Assembly (NCBI RefSeq): GCF_009914755.1
Contig: NC_060946.1
Length of the DNA: 64,000 nucleotides
Strand: one strand, 5' to 3'
Source of the DNA: the human T2T-CHM13v2.0 reference genome, Homo sapiens
Notes under the pieces: generated by a model
Databases searched by the model: none
What the model saw: the letters and a program-made list of their open reading frames with translations, nothing else
Told to the model about the DNA's origin: nothing
Translations under genes and position numbers: made by a program
In this document: one piece after another, positions 25,201 to 41,100 of the stretch
Layout: each line of letters opens with the position of its first letter
How positions within the stretch are numbered: position 1 is the stretch's first letter

Positions 25201-28165
25201 CTTAACACAAAAACTAGACAGAGGCATTCTGAGAAACTTCTTATTCATGTGTGCATTCATCTCCCAGAGTTGAACCTTTCTTTTCATTGAGAAATTCAGA
25301 AACAGTCTTTTTGTAGAATTTGGAAAAGGATATATGTGAGCCCACTGAGGCCCGTGGTGAAATGGGAAATATCTTCACAGGAAAACCAGACAGAAGCATT
25401 CTGAGAAACTTCTTTGTGATGTTTGCATTCATCCACAGAGTTGAAACTTTCTTTTGATTGAGCAGTTCAGAAAAACTCTTTTTGAAGTATCTGCAAAAGG
25501 ATATTTGGAGCACTTTGTGGCTTGTGGTGAAAAACTAAATATCTTCACATAAAATCTAGTGAGAAGCTTTCTGAAGAACTTCTTTGTGATGTGTGCTTTC
25601 ATCTCACAGAGTTGAAAATTTCTTTTGATTGAGCAGTTTGGAAACAGTGTTTTGTAGAATCCGCAAATCGATAATTGGATTGCTTTGAGGCCTATCGTTA
25701 GAAGGGAAATATCTTCACATAAATACTAGACAGAAGATTTCTGAGAAACTTCTTTGTGATGTGTGCTTTCATCTCACAGAGTAGAACTGTTCTTTTGATT
25801 GAGTAGTTAGGAAATTGTCTTTATCTACAATCTGCAAAGGGATATTTCTGAGGGGTTTGAGGCCTATGGTGAAAAAGAAATATCTTCACATAAAAACTAG
25901 ACAGAAGCATTCTGAGAAACTTCTTTGTGATGTGTGCTTTCATCTAACAGGTTTGAAACTTTCTTTTGATTGAACAGTTTGGAAACAGTCTTTTTGTACA
26001 GTCTACAAAGGGATATTTCTGAACGGTTTGGTGCCTATGGTGAAAAAGGAATATCTTCACATAAAAACTAGACAGAAGAATTCTGAGAAACTTCTTTTTT
26101 ATGTTTGCAGTTTTCTCACAGGGTTGAACCTTTCTTTGCATGGAGCAGTTTGAAAACAATCTTTTTGTAGAGTCTGCAATGGGATATTTGTGAGCTCTTT
26201 GAGGCCTATGGTGAAATATGAAATATCTTCACATAAAAACCAGACAGAAGCATTATGAGGAACTTCTTTGTGATGTGTGGTTTCATCTCACAGAGATGAA
26301 GGTTTCCTTTGATTGAACAGTTTTCAAGCAGCCTTTTTGTTGTATCTGCAGAGGGATATTTGGGAGCTGTTTAAGGCCTATGGTGAAAAAGGAAATATCT
26401 TCACATCAAAACTAGACAGAAGCATTCTGAGAAACTTATTTATGTGTGCGCATTCATCTCACAGAGTTGAACTTTTTTTGTGATTGAGTCGTTTGGAAAT
26501 AGTCTTTTTGTGGAATCTGTAAATGGATATTTGGAGCACTTTGAGGCCTATTGTGAAGAAGGAATTATCTTCACATAAAAACTAGACAGATACTTTCTGA
26601 GAAACTTCTTTGTGATGTTTGCATTCATCTCACAGAGTTGAACCTTTCTTTGCATTTGACAGTTTGGAAACAGTCTTTTTGTACAATATGCAAAGGGATA
26701 TTTCTGAACCATTTGAGGCCTATGGTGAAAAATAAATATGTCAGATAAAAACTATACAGAAGCATTCTGAGAAACTTCTTTTTCATGTGTGCATTTACCT
26801 CACAGAGTTGAACCTTTCTTTTCATGTAGCTGTTTGGAAATAGTCTTTTTGTAGAATCTGCAAATGGATATTTGGAGCACTTTGAGGCCTGTTGTGAAAA
26901 AGGAAATATCTTCACGCAAGAACTAGACAGAACCATTCTGAGAAACTTCTTTGTGATGTGTACATTCATTTCACAGAGATGAAGGTTTCCTTTGATTGAA
27001 CAGTTTTCAAGCAGTCTTTTTGTAGTATCTGCAGAGGGATATTTGGGAGCCATTTAAAGCCTATGGTGAAAAAGGAAATATCTTCACATAAAAACTAGAA
27101 AGAAAGATACTGAGAAACTTCTTTATGATGTGCGCATTCATCTCACAGAGTTGAACCTGTCTTTTCATTGAGCAATTTGGAAACAGTCTTTTTGTGCAAT
27201 CTTCAAAGGGATATTTCTTAGCCATTTGAGGCCTATGGTGAAAAAGACATACCTTCACATAAAAACTAGGCAGAAGCCTTCTGAGAAACTTCTTTGTGAT
27301 GTGTCCATTCATCTCACATAGGTGAACCTTTGTTTTTGATTGAGCTGTTTGCAAACTGTCTTTTTGTAGAGTCCGCAAAGGGATATTTGTGAGAACTTTA
27401 TGGCCTATGGTGAAACAGGAAATGTCTTCACATAAAAACTAGACAAACAGTCTGAGAAACTTATTTGTGATGTGTACTTTCATCTCACAGAGTTGAAACT
27501 TTCTTTTGATTGAGCAGTTTGGAAAGAGTCCTTTTGAAGTATCTGAAAAGAGATATTTTTGAGCCCATTGAGGCCTATGCTGAAAGAGGAAATATCTTCA
27601 CATATAAGCTAAACAAAAACTTTCTGAGAAAATTCTTTGTGATATGTGCTTTCATCTCACAGAGTAGAATTTTTCTTTTCATTGAGCAGTTTGGAAACAG
27701 TCTTTTTGTAACATCTGCATAGGGACATTTCTGAGCAGTTTGAGGCCTATGGTGACAAAGAAATATCTTCACATAAAAACTAGACAGAAGCATTCTGAGA
27801 AACTTCTTTTTTAAGTGTGAATTCATCTCACAGAGTTGAAACTTACTTTTCATTGAACAGTTCTGTAACAGTCTTTTTGTAGAAACTGCAAAAGGATATT
27901 TGTGAGCCCTTTGAGGCCTATGGTGTAACAGGAAATACCTTCACTTAAAAACTAGACAGAAGCATTCGAGTAACTTCTTTGTGATTTGTGCTTTCATTTC
28001 ACAGAGTTGAACCTTTCTTTTGATTGAGCAGTTTGGAAAAACTCTTTTTGTACAATCTGCAAAAGATATTTGGTGCACTTTGTGGACTATGGTGAAAAAG
28101 GAAATATCTTCACATAAAAACTAGAAAGAAACTTTCTGAGAAACTTCTTTGTGATGTGCACTTTC
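13291..28165 (+). repeat. Alpha satellite, diverged monomeric A-type array
   Basis: Tandem ~171-bp monomers with the pJalpha box (ctatggtgaaaaaggaa). No TTCG....A..CGGG CENP-B box seen. Confidence 0.97.
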
Positions 28166-29748
<1,583 letters not shown>

Positions 29749-32124
29749 AACTTCTTTGTGATGTGTGCATTCATCTCAGAGTTGAACCTTTCTTTTGATT
29801 GGGCAGTTTGGAAACAGTCTTTTTGTAGAATCTGCAAAGTGATATGTTTCAGTGGTTTGAATCCAATGGTGAAAAAGGAAATGTCGAAAAATAAAATGTA
29901 TACAGCAGCTTTCTGAAGAACTTCTTTGTGATGTATGCATTCATCTCACAGGGTTGAAACTTCCTTTGATTGATCAGTTTGGAAACAGTCTTCTCGTAGA
30001 ACCTGCAAAGTGATATTTGTGAACGCTTTGAGGCTTATGGTGAAAAAGGAAATATCTTCACATAAAAACTAAACTCATGTTTTCTCGGAAACTTCTTTGT
30101 GATGGGGGTATGCATCTCAAAGACTTGAATCTTTCTTTTGATTGAGCAGTTTGGAAACAGTCTTTTTGGAGAACCTGCAAAGGCATGTTTTTGAGTGGTT
30201 TGAGGCATGTGATGAAAAAGGAAATATCTTCATATAAAAACTAGACAGAAGCATTCTGAGAAACCACTTTGCAATGCATGCATTCACCTCACAGAGTTGA
30301 ATTTTCTTTCATTGAGCAGATTGGAAACACTCTATTTGTAGAATATGCAAAGCAATATTTGTGAGCTTTCTGAGGCCTATTGTGAAAAAGGAAATATCCA
30401 CAAGTAAAATCTAGACAGAAGCCTTCTGAGAAACTTCGTTGTGATGTGTGCATTCATCACACAGGGTTGAACCTTTCTTTTTATTGAGCAGTTTGGAAAC
30501 AGTCTTTTCATAGAATCTGCAAAGGAAAATTTGGGAACGCTTTGAGGCTTATGGTGAAAAAGAAGTATCTTCACATAAAAACTAGACAGAAACGTCTGAG
30601 AAACTTCTTTTTGATGTGTGCATTCATCTCACACAGCTGAACTTTCATTTGATTGAGCAGTTTGGAAATAGTCTTTTTGTAGAATCTGCAAACGGTTATT
30701 TATGAGCAGTTTGAGTCCTATGGTGAAAAAGGGAGTATCGACAAATAAAAACTAGACAGAAACTTTCTGAGAAACTTCTCTGTGATGTGTGCATTCATCT
30801 CACAGAGTAGAAGCTTTCTTTGATTGAGCAGTTTGGAAACAGTCTTTTTGTAGAATCTGCAAAGAGTTATATATAGGTGGTTTCAGGTCTATGGTGAAAA
30901 CGGAAATATCTTCACATGAAAACTAGACAGAAGCTTTCTGAGAAAATTCTTTGAGATGTGCACATTCATCTCACAGATTTGAAGTGTTCTTTTCCTTGAC
31001 CAGTTTGGATAGAGTCTTTTTGTAGAATCTGCTTTGCGATATTTGTGAACCCTTTGAAGCCTATGTTGAAAAATGTAATATCTTCACACAAAAACGAGAC
31101 AGAAGCTTTCTGAGAAACTTCGTTGTGATGTGTGCATTCATCCCAAAAGGTGAACCTGTCTTTGGATTGAGCAGTTTGGAAACAGTCCTTTGTAGAATGT
31201 ACAAAGGGATATTTGGGATCCCTTTTTGGTCTATGGTGAAAAAGGAAATGTCTTCAGATAAAAACTAGACAGAAGCATTCTGAGAAACTTATTTTTGATG
31301 TGTGCATTCTTCTCACAGAGTTAAACCTTTCTTTAGATAGAGCAGGTTGGAAAATGTCTTTTTGTAGAATCTGCAAAGTGATAATTTGAATGCTTTGAGA
31401 CTTATGGTGAAAAAGGAAATATCTTCACATAAAAACTGGACGGAAGCTTTCTGAGAAACTTCTTTGTGATGTGTGCATTCATCTCAAAGAGTTGAAGCTT
31501 TGTTTCAGTTGAGCAGTTTGGTAACAGTCTTTTTGTAAAATCTGTAAAGGGACATTTGTGAGCACTTTGAGGCCTATATTGAAAAAGGAAACATCTTCAA
31601 ATAAAAACTAGACAGAAGCTTTCTGAGAAACTTCTTTGTGATGTGTGCATTCACCTCACAGAGTAGAAGCTTTCTTTTGACTGAGTAGTTTGGAAACAGT
31701 CTTTTTGTAGAATCTGCAAAGGGTTATTTATGAGCGGTTTGAGGTCTACGGTGAAAAAGGGAGTATCAACAAATAAAAACTAGACAGAAACTTTCTGAGA
31801 AACTTCTCTGTGATGTGTGCATTTATCTCACAGAGTGGAAGCTTTCTTTGATTGAGCAGTTTGGAAACAGTCTTTTTGTAGAATCTTCAAAGAGTTATTC
31901 ATGAGCGGTTTGAGGCTTATGGTGAAAAAGGGAATATCAACAAATAAAAACTAGACAGAAATTTTCTGAGAAACTTCTCTGTGATGTGTGTATTCATCTC
32001 GCAGAGTGGAAGCTTTCTTTGATTGAGCAGTTTGGAAACAGTATTTTTGTAGAATCTGCAAAGGGATATATGTAGGCAGTTTGAGGTCTATGGTGAAAAC
32101 GGAAATATCTTCACATAAAAACTA
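29749..32124 (+). repeat. Alpha satellite, monomeric, conventional orientation
   Basis: Monomers resume at aacttctttgtgatgtgtgcattc and end at cacataaaaacta. Confidence 0.96.
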
Positions 32125-35100
32125 ACTGCTCAATGGGAAGAAATTTTTACTTCTCTGTGATAAATGCACATATCACAAAAGAGTTACTCAGAAAACTTCT
32201 TTCTACTTTTAATGTGAAGATATTTCCTTTTTCACCATAAGCCTCAATGCACTCGCAGATAGCCCTTTGCAGTTTCTACAAAAAGACTGTTTCGAAACTG
32301 CTCAATAAACAGAATGGTTCAACCCTGTGAGACGAATGTGCACATCACAAAGAAGTTTCTCAGAAAACTTCCTTCTCAGTTTTATGTGAAGATATTTTCT
32401 TTTTGAACATAGGCCTCAATGCACTCCCAAATATACCTTTGCAGAATCTACAAAAAGACTGTTTCCAAACTGCTCAATCAAAAGAAAGTTTTAACTCTGT
32501 TAGATGAATGCACATATCAGAAAGTAGTTCCTCAGCAAGCTTCTCACTAGTTTTTATGTGAAGATAGTTCTTTTTTCAACATGGGTCTCAAAGCACTCAA
32601 AAATATCCCTTTGCAGACTCTAGAATAACAGAGTTTACAAACTGCTCAATGAAAAGAAATGTTTACCTCTGTGAGATGAGTACACATATCTTAAAGCAGC
32701 TTCTCAGAATGCTTCTCTCTATTTTTTATGTGAAGATATTTCCTTTTCCACCATAGGCCTCAACTTGCTCCTAAATATCCCTTTGCAGATTGTACAAAAA
32801 GACTGTTTCCAGACTGCTCAATCAAAACAAATGTTAAACTCTATGAGATAAATGCACACATCACAAAAAGTTTCTCAGAAAACTTTTGTCTAGTTTTTAT
32901 GTGAAGATATTTCCTTATTCACCATAGGCCTCAAAGCGCTACAAATATCCCTCTGCAGATTCTACAAAAAGACTATTTGCAAACTGCTCAATCCAAAGAA
33001 TGTTTCAATTCTGTGTGATGAATGCACACATCCAAAGAATTTTCTCAGAAACTTTCTTTATGGTTTTTCTGTGAAGATATTTCCTTTTTCAACATAGGCC
33101 TCAAAGCCCTCACAAATATCCCTTTGCAGATTCTACAAAAAGACTGTTTCCAAACCGCTCAATAAAAAGAATTATTGAACACTGTCAGATGAATGCACAC
33201 AGCTCGAAGAAGTTTCTCAGAAACGTTCAGTCTAGTTTTTATGTGAATATATTTCCTTTTTCATGATAGACCTCAAAGTACTCCAAATATCCGTTTGCAG
33301 AGTCTACAAAAAGTCTATTTCCAAACGGCTCAATCAAAACAAAGGTTCAACTCTGTGTGATGAATGCACACATCACGAAGCAGTTTCTCAGAATGCTTCT
33401 GTCTAGTTTTTCACCATAGGCCTCAAAGTGCTCACAAATATCCCTTTACAGATTCTACAAAAATACTTCTTCCAAATTGCTCAATCAAAAGAAAGGTTCA
33501 ACTGTGTGAGATGTATGCACACCACAAAGAGGTTTCTCAGAAAGCTTCTTTGTAGTTTTTATGTGAAGATATTTCCTTTTTCACCATAGGCCTCAAAGCA
33601 TTCACAAATATCCCTTTGCAGATTCTACAAAAAGACTCTTTACACATTGCTCAATTAAAAGAAGTTTCAACACTGTAAGGCGAATGCTCACATCACTAGG
33701 ATGTTTCTCAGAAAGCTTCTGTGTAGTTTTTATGTGAAGATATTTCCTTTTTCACCATACACCTCAAAGGGCTCACAAATATCCCTTTGCAGATCTTACA
33801 AGAAAAGAGTTTCCAATCTTCTCAATGAAAAGAAACAGACACATCTGGGAGATGAATGCACATATCACAAAGCAGTTTCTGAGAAATATTCTGTCTAGTT
33901 TTTATGTGAAGGCATCTCCTTTTCCACCACAGGATGCAAAGCGCTCAAAATTGTCCTTTTGCAGATTCTACAAAAAGATTGTTTCCACACTGCTCATCAA
34001 AAGAAAGGTTCAACTCTGTGAGATGATTGCACACGTCAAAAAGCAGTTTCTCAGAAAGCTTCTATTAAGTTTTTATGTGAATGTTTCCTTTTTCCCCATG
34101 AGCCTCAAGGTGCTCACAAGTATCCACTTGAAGAATATTTAAAAAGACTGTTTCCAAACTGCTCAATGAAAAGAAAGGTTGAACTGAGTGAGATGAATGC
34201 ACACATCACAAAGAAGTTTCTCAGAAACCTTCTTTATAGTTTTTATGTGAAGATATTTCCTTTTTCAACACAGGCCTCAAATTGCTCAGCAATATCCCTT
34301 TGTAGATTCTGCAAAAAGACTGCTTCCCAACTGCTCAATCAAATAAATGGTTGAACTCTGTGAGATGGATGCACACATCTCAAAGAGGTTTCTCAGAAAT
34401 CTTCTGTCCATTTTTTATGTGAAGATATTTCCTTTTTCACCATAGCACTCCAAGTCATGACAAATATCCCTTGCAGATTCTACAAAAAATACTGTTTCCA
34501 GACTGCTCAATCAAAAGAATGGTTCAACTCTGTGAGATGATTGCACACATCACAAAGAAGCCGCTAAGAAAGCTTCTGTCTAGTTTGTATGTGAAGATAT
34601 TTCCTTTTTCATCATAAGCCTCAAAGCACTCACAAATATCCCTTTGCAGATTCTACAAGAACAGAGTTTCCAGACTGATCATAGAAAATAAACGTTTACC
34701 TCTCTGAGATCAATGCACACACCACAAAGCTCTTTCTAAGAAACCTTCTTTATACCTTTTATATAAATATATTTCCTTCTTCACCATTGGCCTCAAAGCT
34801 CTCATAAATGTCCCTTTGCAGATTGCACAAACAGATGGTTTCCATACTGATCAATCAAAAGTAAGTTTCAACTTTGTGAGATGAATGCCCACATCACAAA
34901 GAGGTTTCTCAGAAAACCTCTCTCTAATTTTTATGTGAAGATATTTCGTTTTTCACCATAGGCCTCAAAGCACTCACAAATATCCCTTTGCAGAATCTAC
35001 AAGAACAGTTTCCAGACAGATCAGAGAAAAGAAACGTTTACTTCTTTGAGATGAATGCATACATCACAAAGCTGTTTCTGAGAAACATTGTTTATACTTT

Positions 35101-38100
35101 TTATGTGAATACATTTCCTTTTTCACCATAGGCCTCAGAACATTCATAAATATCCCTTTGCCGATTCTACAAAAAGAGTGTTTCCAAACTGTTCAATCAG
35201 TAGAATGGTTGAACTCTACGAGATGAATGCACACATCACAAAGAAGTTTCTCGGAAAGCTTCTGTCTAGTTTTTATGTGAAGATATTTCCTATTTCATCA
35301 TAGGCCTCATACCATTCAAAAATATGACTTTACAGATTCTACAAAAATACTGTTTCCAAATTGCTCAATCCAAAGAAAGTTTCAAATCGGTGAGATGAAT
35401 GCACACATCATAAGAAGGTTTCTCAGAAAGCTTCTCTCTAGTTTTCATGTGAAAATATTTTGTTTTCACCATATGTTTCAAAGCATCACAAATATCCCTT
35501 TGCAGATTCTACCAAAACACTGTTTACAAACTGCCCAATCAAAAGAATGTTTCAACTCTGTGAGACGAATTCTCGCATCTCCAAGATATTTCACAGAAAG
35601 CTTCTGTCTAGTTTTTATGTGAAGATAATTCCTTTTTCACCATAGGCCTCAAAGTGCTGACAAATATCCCTTTGCAGATTTTACAACAACAGAATTTCCA
35701 ATCTGTTCAATGAAAAGAAATGGTTACCTCTGTGAGATGAAAGCACACATCACAAGTCAGTTTCTCAGAAATATTCTGTCTTGTTTTTATGTAAAAATAA
35801 TTCCTTTTCCAACATAGGACACAAAACACTAACTAATAACCCTTTGGAAATTCTACCAAATACTACTTCCAAAATGCTCATCAAAAGAAAGGTTCACCTC
35901 TGTGGGATGAATGCACATATCAAAAAGATGATTCTCAGAAAGCTTCTATGTTTTTTTTTATGTGTAAGTGTTTCCTTTTTCACCATGGGCCTCAAAGTGC
36001 TCAAAAATATCCCTTTGCAGATCCTAAAAAAAGACTGTTTCCAAACCGCTGAGTCAAAGGAGTGGTTCAACTCTGTGAGATGAATGCACACATCATAAAG
36101 AAGTTTCTCACAAACCTTCTTTATAGTTTTTATGTGAAGATATTTCCTTTTAACCATAGACCTCAAAGTGCTCACAAATATCCCTTTGCAGATTCTACAA
36201 AAAGATGGTTTCCCAACTGCTCAATCAAAAGAATTGTTGAACTCTGTGAGATGAATACATACATCACAAAGCAGTTTCTCAGAAATCTTTAGTCTAGTTT
36301 TTACATGAAGATACTTTCTCTTTCACCATAGGCCTCAAAGTGCTCAGAAATTTCCCCTTACAGATTCCACAAAAAGACGTTTCCAAACTGCTTAATCAAA
36401 AGAAAGTTTCAATTCTGTGAGATGAATGCACACATCACCAAGCAGTTTCTCAGTAGGTGATACTTTCTCTTTCACCATAGTCCTCAAAGTGACCAGAAAT
36501 ATCCCTTTACAGATTCCACAAAAGACGTTTCTAAACTGCTTAATCAAAAGAAAGTTACAATTCTGTGAGATGAATGCACACATCACCAAGAAGTTTCTCA
36601 GTAGGCCTCTGTCTAGTTTTTATGTGAAGACAATATCTTTTTCACCACAGGGCTCTAGGCACTCAAAAATGTCCCTTAGCAGATCCTACAAGAACAGAGT
36701 TTCACAACTGAACAAGAAAAGAATTGTTTACCTCTGTGAAATGAATGCAGACATCAAAAAACAGTTTCCCAGAAACCTTCTTTATATTTTTCTGTGAAGA
36801 TACTTCTTTTCCTGCATAGGCCTCAAAGTGCTCACAAATATCCGTTTGCAGATTCTTCAAAAAGACTGTTTCCAAACGGCTGAATTAAAAGAGACGTTCA
36901 AATCTGGGAGATGAATGCACATATCACAAAGAAGAATCTCAGAAACGTTCTTTATGCGTTGAATGTGAAGATATTTCCTTTATCACAATAGGCCTCAAAG
37001 TGCTCAAAAATACCCACTTTGAGATTGTACAAGAACGGAGTTTCCAGACTGATTGCAGAAAAGAAACACTTACCTCTGTGAGATGAATGCACACATCACA
37101 AGGTTGTTTTTAGAAAACCTGCTTTATAGTTCTTATGTGAAAATAAGACCTTTTCCACCATAGGATTGACAGCGCTCCAAATATCCAATGGCAGACTCTA
37201 CAAAAAGAGTGTTTCCAAACTGCTCAACAAAAACAAAATCCAACTCTGTGAGATGAATGCCCACAACACAAAGAAGTTTCTCAGAATGCTTCTGTCTAGT
37301 TTTTATATGAAGATATTTCCTTTTCCACCATAGGCCTCAAAGCACTCCAAGTATCCCCTGGCACATTCTGCAAAAAGTATGTTTCAAAACTGTTCAATCA
37401 AAAGAAAGGTACAACACCATGAGATGAATGCACACATAATGAAGTAGTTTCTAGGAATGCTTCTGTCTGGTTTTTATGTTAAGATATTTCCTTTTTCACC
37501 ATAGGACTCAAAGCTCTTCAAATATCCATTTGCAGATATTACAAAAAGACTGTTTCCAAACTCCTTAATGAAAAGAAAGGTTCAATTCTGTGAGATGAAA
37601 GCAAATCACAAAGTAGTTTCTCATAAAGTTTCTGTCTAGTTTTTTGTGAAATTATTTCCTATTGCCCCATGGGCCTCAGTTGGCTCAAAAATACCCCTCT
37701 GCACATTCTACAAAATGACTGCTTCCAAACTACTGAATCAATAGAAACGTTCAACTCTGTTAGATGAATGCCCACAAAACAAAGAAGTTTCTCAGAATGA
37801 TTCTATCTAGTTTTTATGTGAAGATATTTCCTTTTCCACAATAGGCCTTTAAGCACTCCAAACATCCACTTGCGGATTCTGCAAACAGAGTGTTTCAAAA
37901 CTGCTCAATCAAAAGAAATGTTCAACTCTGTGAGATGAATGCAGACATCACAAAGAAGTTTCTCAGAATGCTTCTATCTAGTTTTTATGGGAAGATATTT
38001 CCTTTTTCACCATAGGCCTCAAAGTGCTGTTAATATCCATTTACAGATATCACAAAAAGACTGCTTCCAAACTGTCCAATCAAAAGAAAGTTTCAACTCT

Positions 38101-41100
38101 GTGAGATGAAAGCAAACATCACAAAGAAGTTTCTCAGAAAGTTTCTGTCTAGTTTTTATGTGAAGATATTTCCTATCGCCCCATAAACCTCAATCGGCTT
38201 ACAAATATCCTTCTGCAGATTATGAAAAACGACTGCTTCCTGACTGCTCAATCACAGGAAAGGTTCAACCCTGTGAAATGAATGCATCCATCACAAAGAA
38301 GTTTCTCAGAATGCTTCTGTCTAGTTTTTATGTGAAGATATTTCCTTTTCCACCATATTCCGCATGCGCTCCAAATATACACTTGCAGATTCTGCTAAAA
38401 GAGTCTTTCAAAACTGCTCAATCAAGAGAAAGGTTTAAATATGTGAGATGAATGCGTACATCACAAAAAGTTTCTACGAATGCTTCTGTCTGATTTTTAT
38501 GTGAAGATATTTGCTTTTTCACCATAGGCCCCAATACGCCCCAAATATCCATTTGCAGATACTACAAAAAGTCTGTTTCCAAACTACTCAATCAAAAGAA
38601 AGTTTCAACTCTGGGAGATGAAACAAACATCACAAAGAAGTTTCTCAGAAAGTTTCTGTCTAGTTTTAATGTGAAGATATTTCATATTGCCCCATAGGCC
38701 TCAATCGACTCACAAGTATCCTTTTGCAGATTACACAAAACGACGGTTTCCAAACTGCTCAATCACAGGAAAGGTTCAACCCTGTGAAATGAATGCACCC
38801 ATCACAAAGAAGTTTCTCAGAATACTTCTTTCTAGTTTTTATGTGAAGAAGATTCCTTTTCCACCATAGTCCACATGCGCTCCAAATATACACTTGCAGA
38901 TACTGCTATAAGACGGTTTCAAAACTGTTCAATCAAAAGAAAAGTTCAAATCTGTGAGATGAATGCACACGTCACAAAGAAGTTTCTACGAATGCTTCTG
39001 TCTGATTTTTATGTGAAGATATTTCTTTTTTCACCATAGGCCTCAATATGCTCCAAATATCCATTTGCAGATACTACAAAAAGACTGTTTCCAAACTACT
39101 CAATCAAAAGAATGTTCAACTCAGTGAGATGAATGCACACATCACAAAGAAGTTTCTCAGAAAGATTCTGTCTAGTTTTTATGTGAAGATATTTCCTATT
39201 TCCACAGAGGACTCAATGGGCTCACAAATATTCCTTTGCATATTCTACAAAACGACTGTTCAAAGCTGCTCAATCAAAAGAATGGTTCAACACTGTGAGA
39301 TGAATGCACACATTCCAAGGAAGTTTCTCAGAATTCTTCTGTCTAGTTTTTATGTGAACATATTTCCCTTTCCACTATAGGATGCAAAGCGCTCCAAATA
39401 TCCACTTGCAGATCCTACAAAAAGAGTGTTTCCACACTGCTCAATCAAAAGAAAAGTTCAACTCTGTGAGATGAATGCACACAGTGCAAAGAAGTTTCTC
39501 AGAAAGCTTCTGCCTAGTTTTTATGGGAAGATATTTCATTTTTCAACATAGGCCAAAGGCACTCCAAATATCCATTTGCAGATTCTACAAAAAGACTGTT
39601 TCCAAACTGCTCAATCAAGAGAAAGTTTCAACACAGTGAGATGAAGTCACACATGACAAATAAGTTTCTCAGAGAGTATCTGTCTAGCTTTTATGTGAAG
39701 GTATTTTCTATTTCCCCAGAAGCCTCAATGGGCTTACAAACATCCCTTTGCAGATTCTACAAAACGACAGTTTCCAAACTAATCAATCAAAAGAATGGTT
39801 CAACTCTGTGAGATGAATGCACACATCACAAAGAAGTTTCTCAAAATGCTGCTGTCTAGTTTTTATGGGAAGATGTCCTTTTCCACCATAGGCCTCAAAG
39901 TGCTCCAAATATCAACTTGCAGATTCTACAAAAATACTGTTTCCAAACTGCTCAATAAAAAGAAAAGTTCAACTCTGTGAGATGAATGCACACATCACAA
40001 AAAGTTTCTCAGAATACTTCTGTCTAGTTTTTATAGGAAGATATGTCCTTTTCCACAAATGACCTCAAAGTGCTCCAAATATCCACTTGCAGATTGTACA
40101 AAAAGAGTGTTTCAAAACTGCTCAATCAAAATAAAAGTTCAACTCTGTGAGATGAATGCACACATCACAAAGAAGTTTCTCAGAATGCTTCAGTCTACTT
40201 TTAATGTGAAGATATTTCCTTTTCCAACATATGCCTCAAAGCACTCCAATTACCATTTGCAGATACTACAAAAAGCCTGTTTCCAAACTGCTCAATAAAA
40301 AGAAAGGTTCAACTCTGTAAGATGAATGCACACATCACAAAGAAGTTTCTCAGAATGCTTCTGCCTAGTTTTTATGGGAAGATATTTCCTTTTTCACCAA
40401 AGGCCTCAATGAGCTGCTAATATCCAATTGCAGATACTACAAAAAGACTGTTTCCAAACTGCTCGATTAAAAGAAAGTTTCAACTCTGTGAGATGAAAGC
40501 ACACATCCCAAAGAAGTTTCTCAGAAAGTGTCTGTCTAGTTTTTATGCGAAGATATTTCCTATCGCCCCATAAGTCTCAATGGGCTCACAAATATCCCTC
40601 TGCAGATTCTACAAAACGATGATTTTCAAACTGCTCAATCAAAGGAAAGGTTCAACTTTGTGAAATGAATGCACCCATGAGAAAGAAGTTTCTCAGAATG
40701 CTTGTGTCTAGTTTTTATGTGAAGATGTTTCCTTTTCCACCAGAGGCCTCAAAGTGCTTCAAATATACACTTGCAGATCTTTCAAAAAGAGTGTTTCAAA
40801 ACTGCTCAATCAAAAGAAAGGTTGAAGTCTGTGAGATGAATGTACACATCACAAAGAAGTTTATAAGAATGCTTCCATCTGATTTTTATGTGAAGATATT
40901 TCCTTTTTCACCATAGGCCTCATTACTCTCCAAATATCCATTTATAGATAATACAAATGACTGTTTCCAAACTGCTCAATCAAAAGAAAGTTCAACTGTG
41001 TGTGATAAATGCACACATCACAAGGAAGTTGCTCAGATAGTTTTTATCTAGTTTTTAGGTGAAGATATTTCTTATTTCCCAAGAGGCCTCAATGGGCTCT

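Noticed and set aside
25689-25713. Possible CENP-B box (ggcctatcgttagaagggaaat)
   Set aside because: It lacks the required TTCG and CGGG core and is a point-mutated pJalpha/A box. The same applies to ggccttcttgagaaagg at ~14911.
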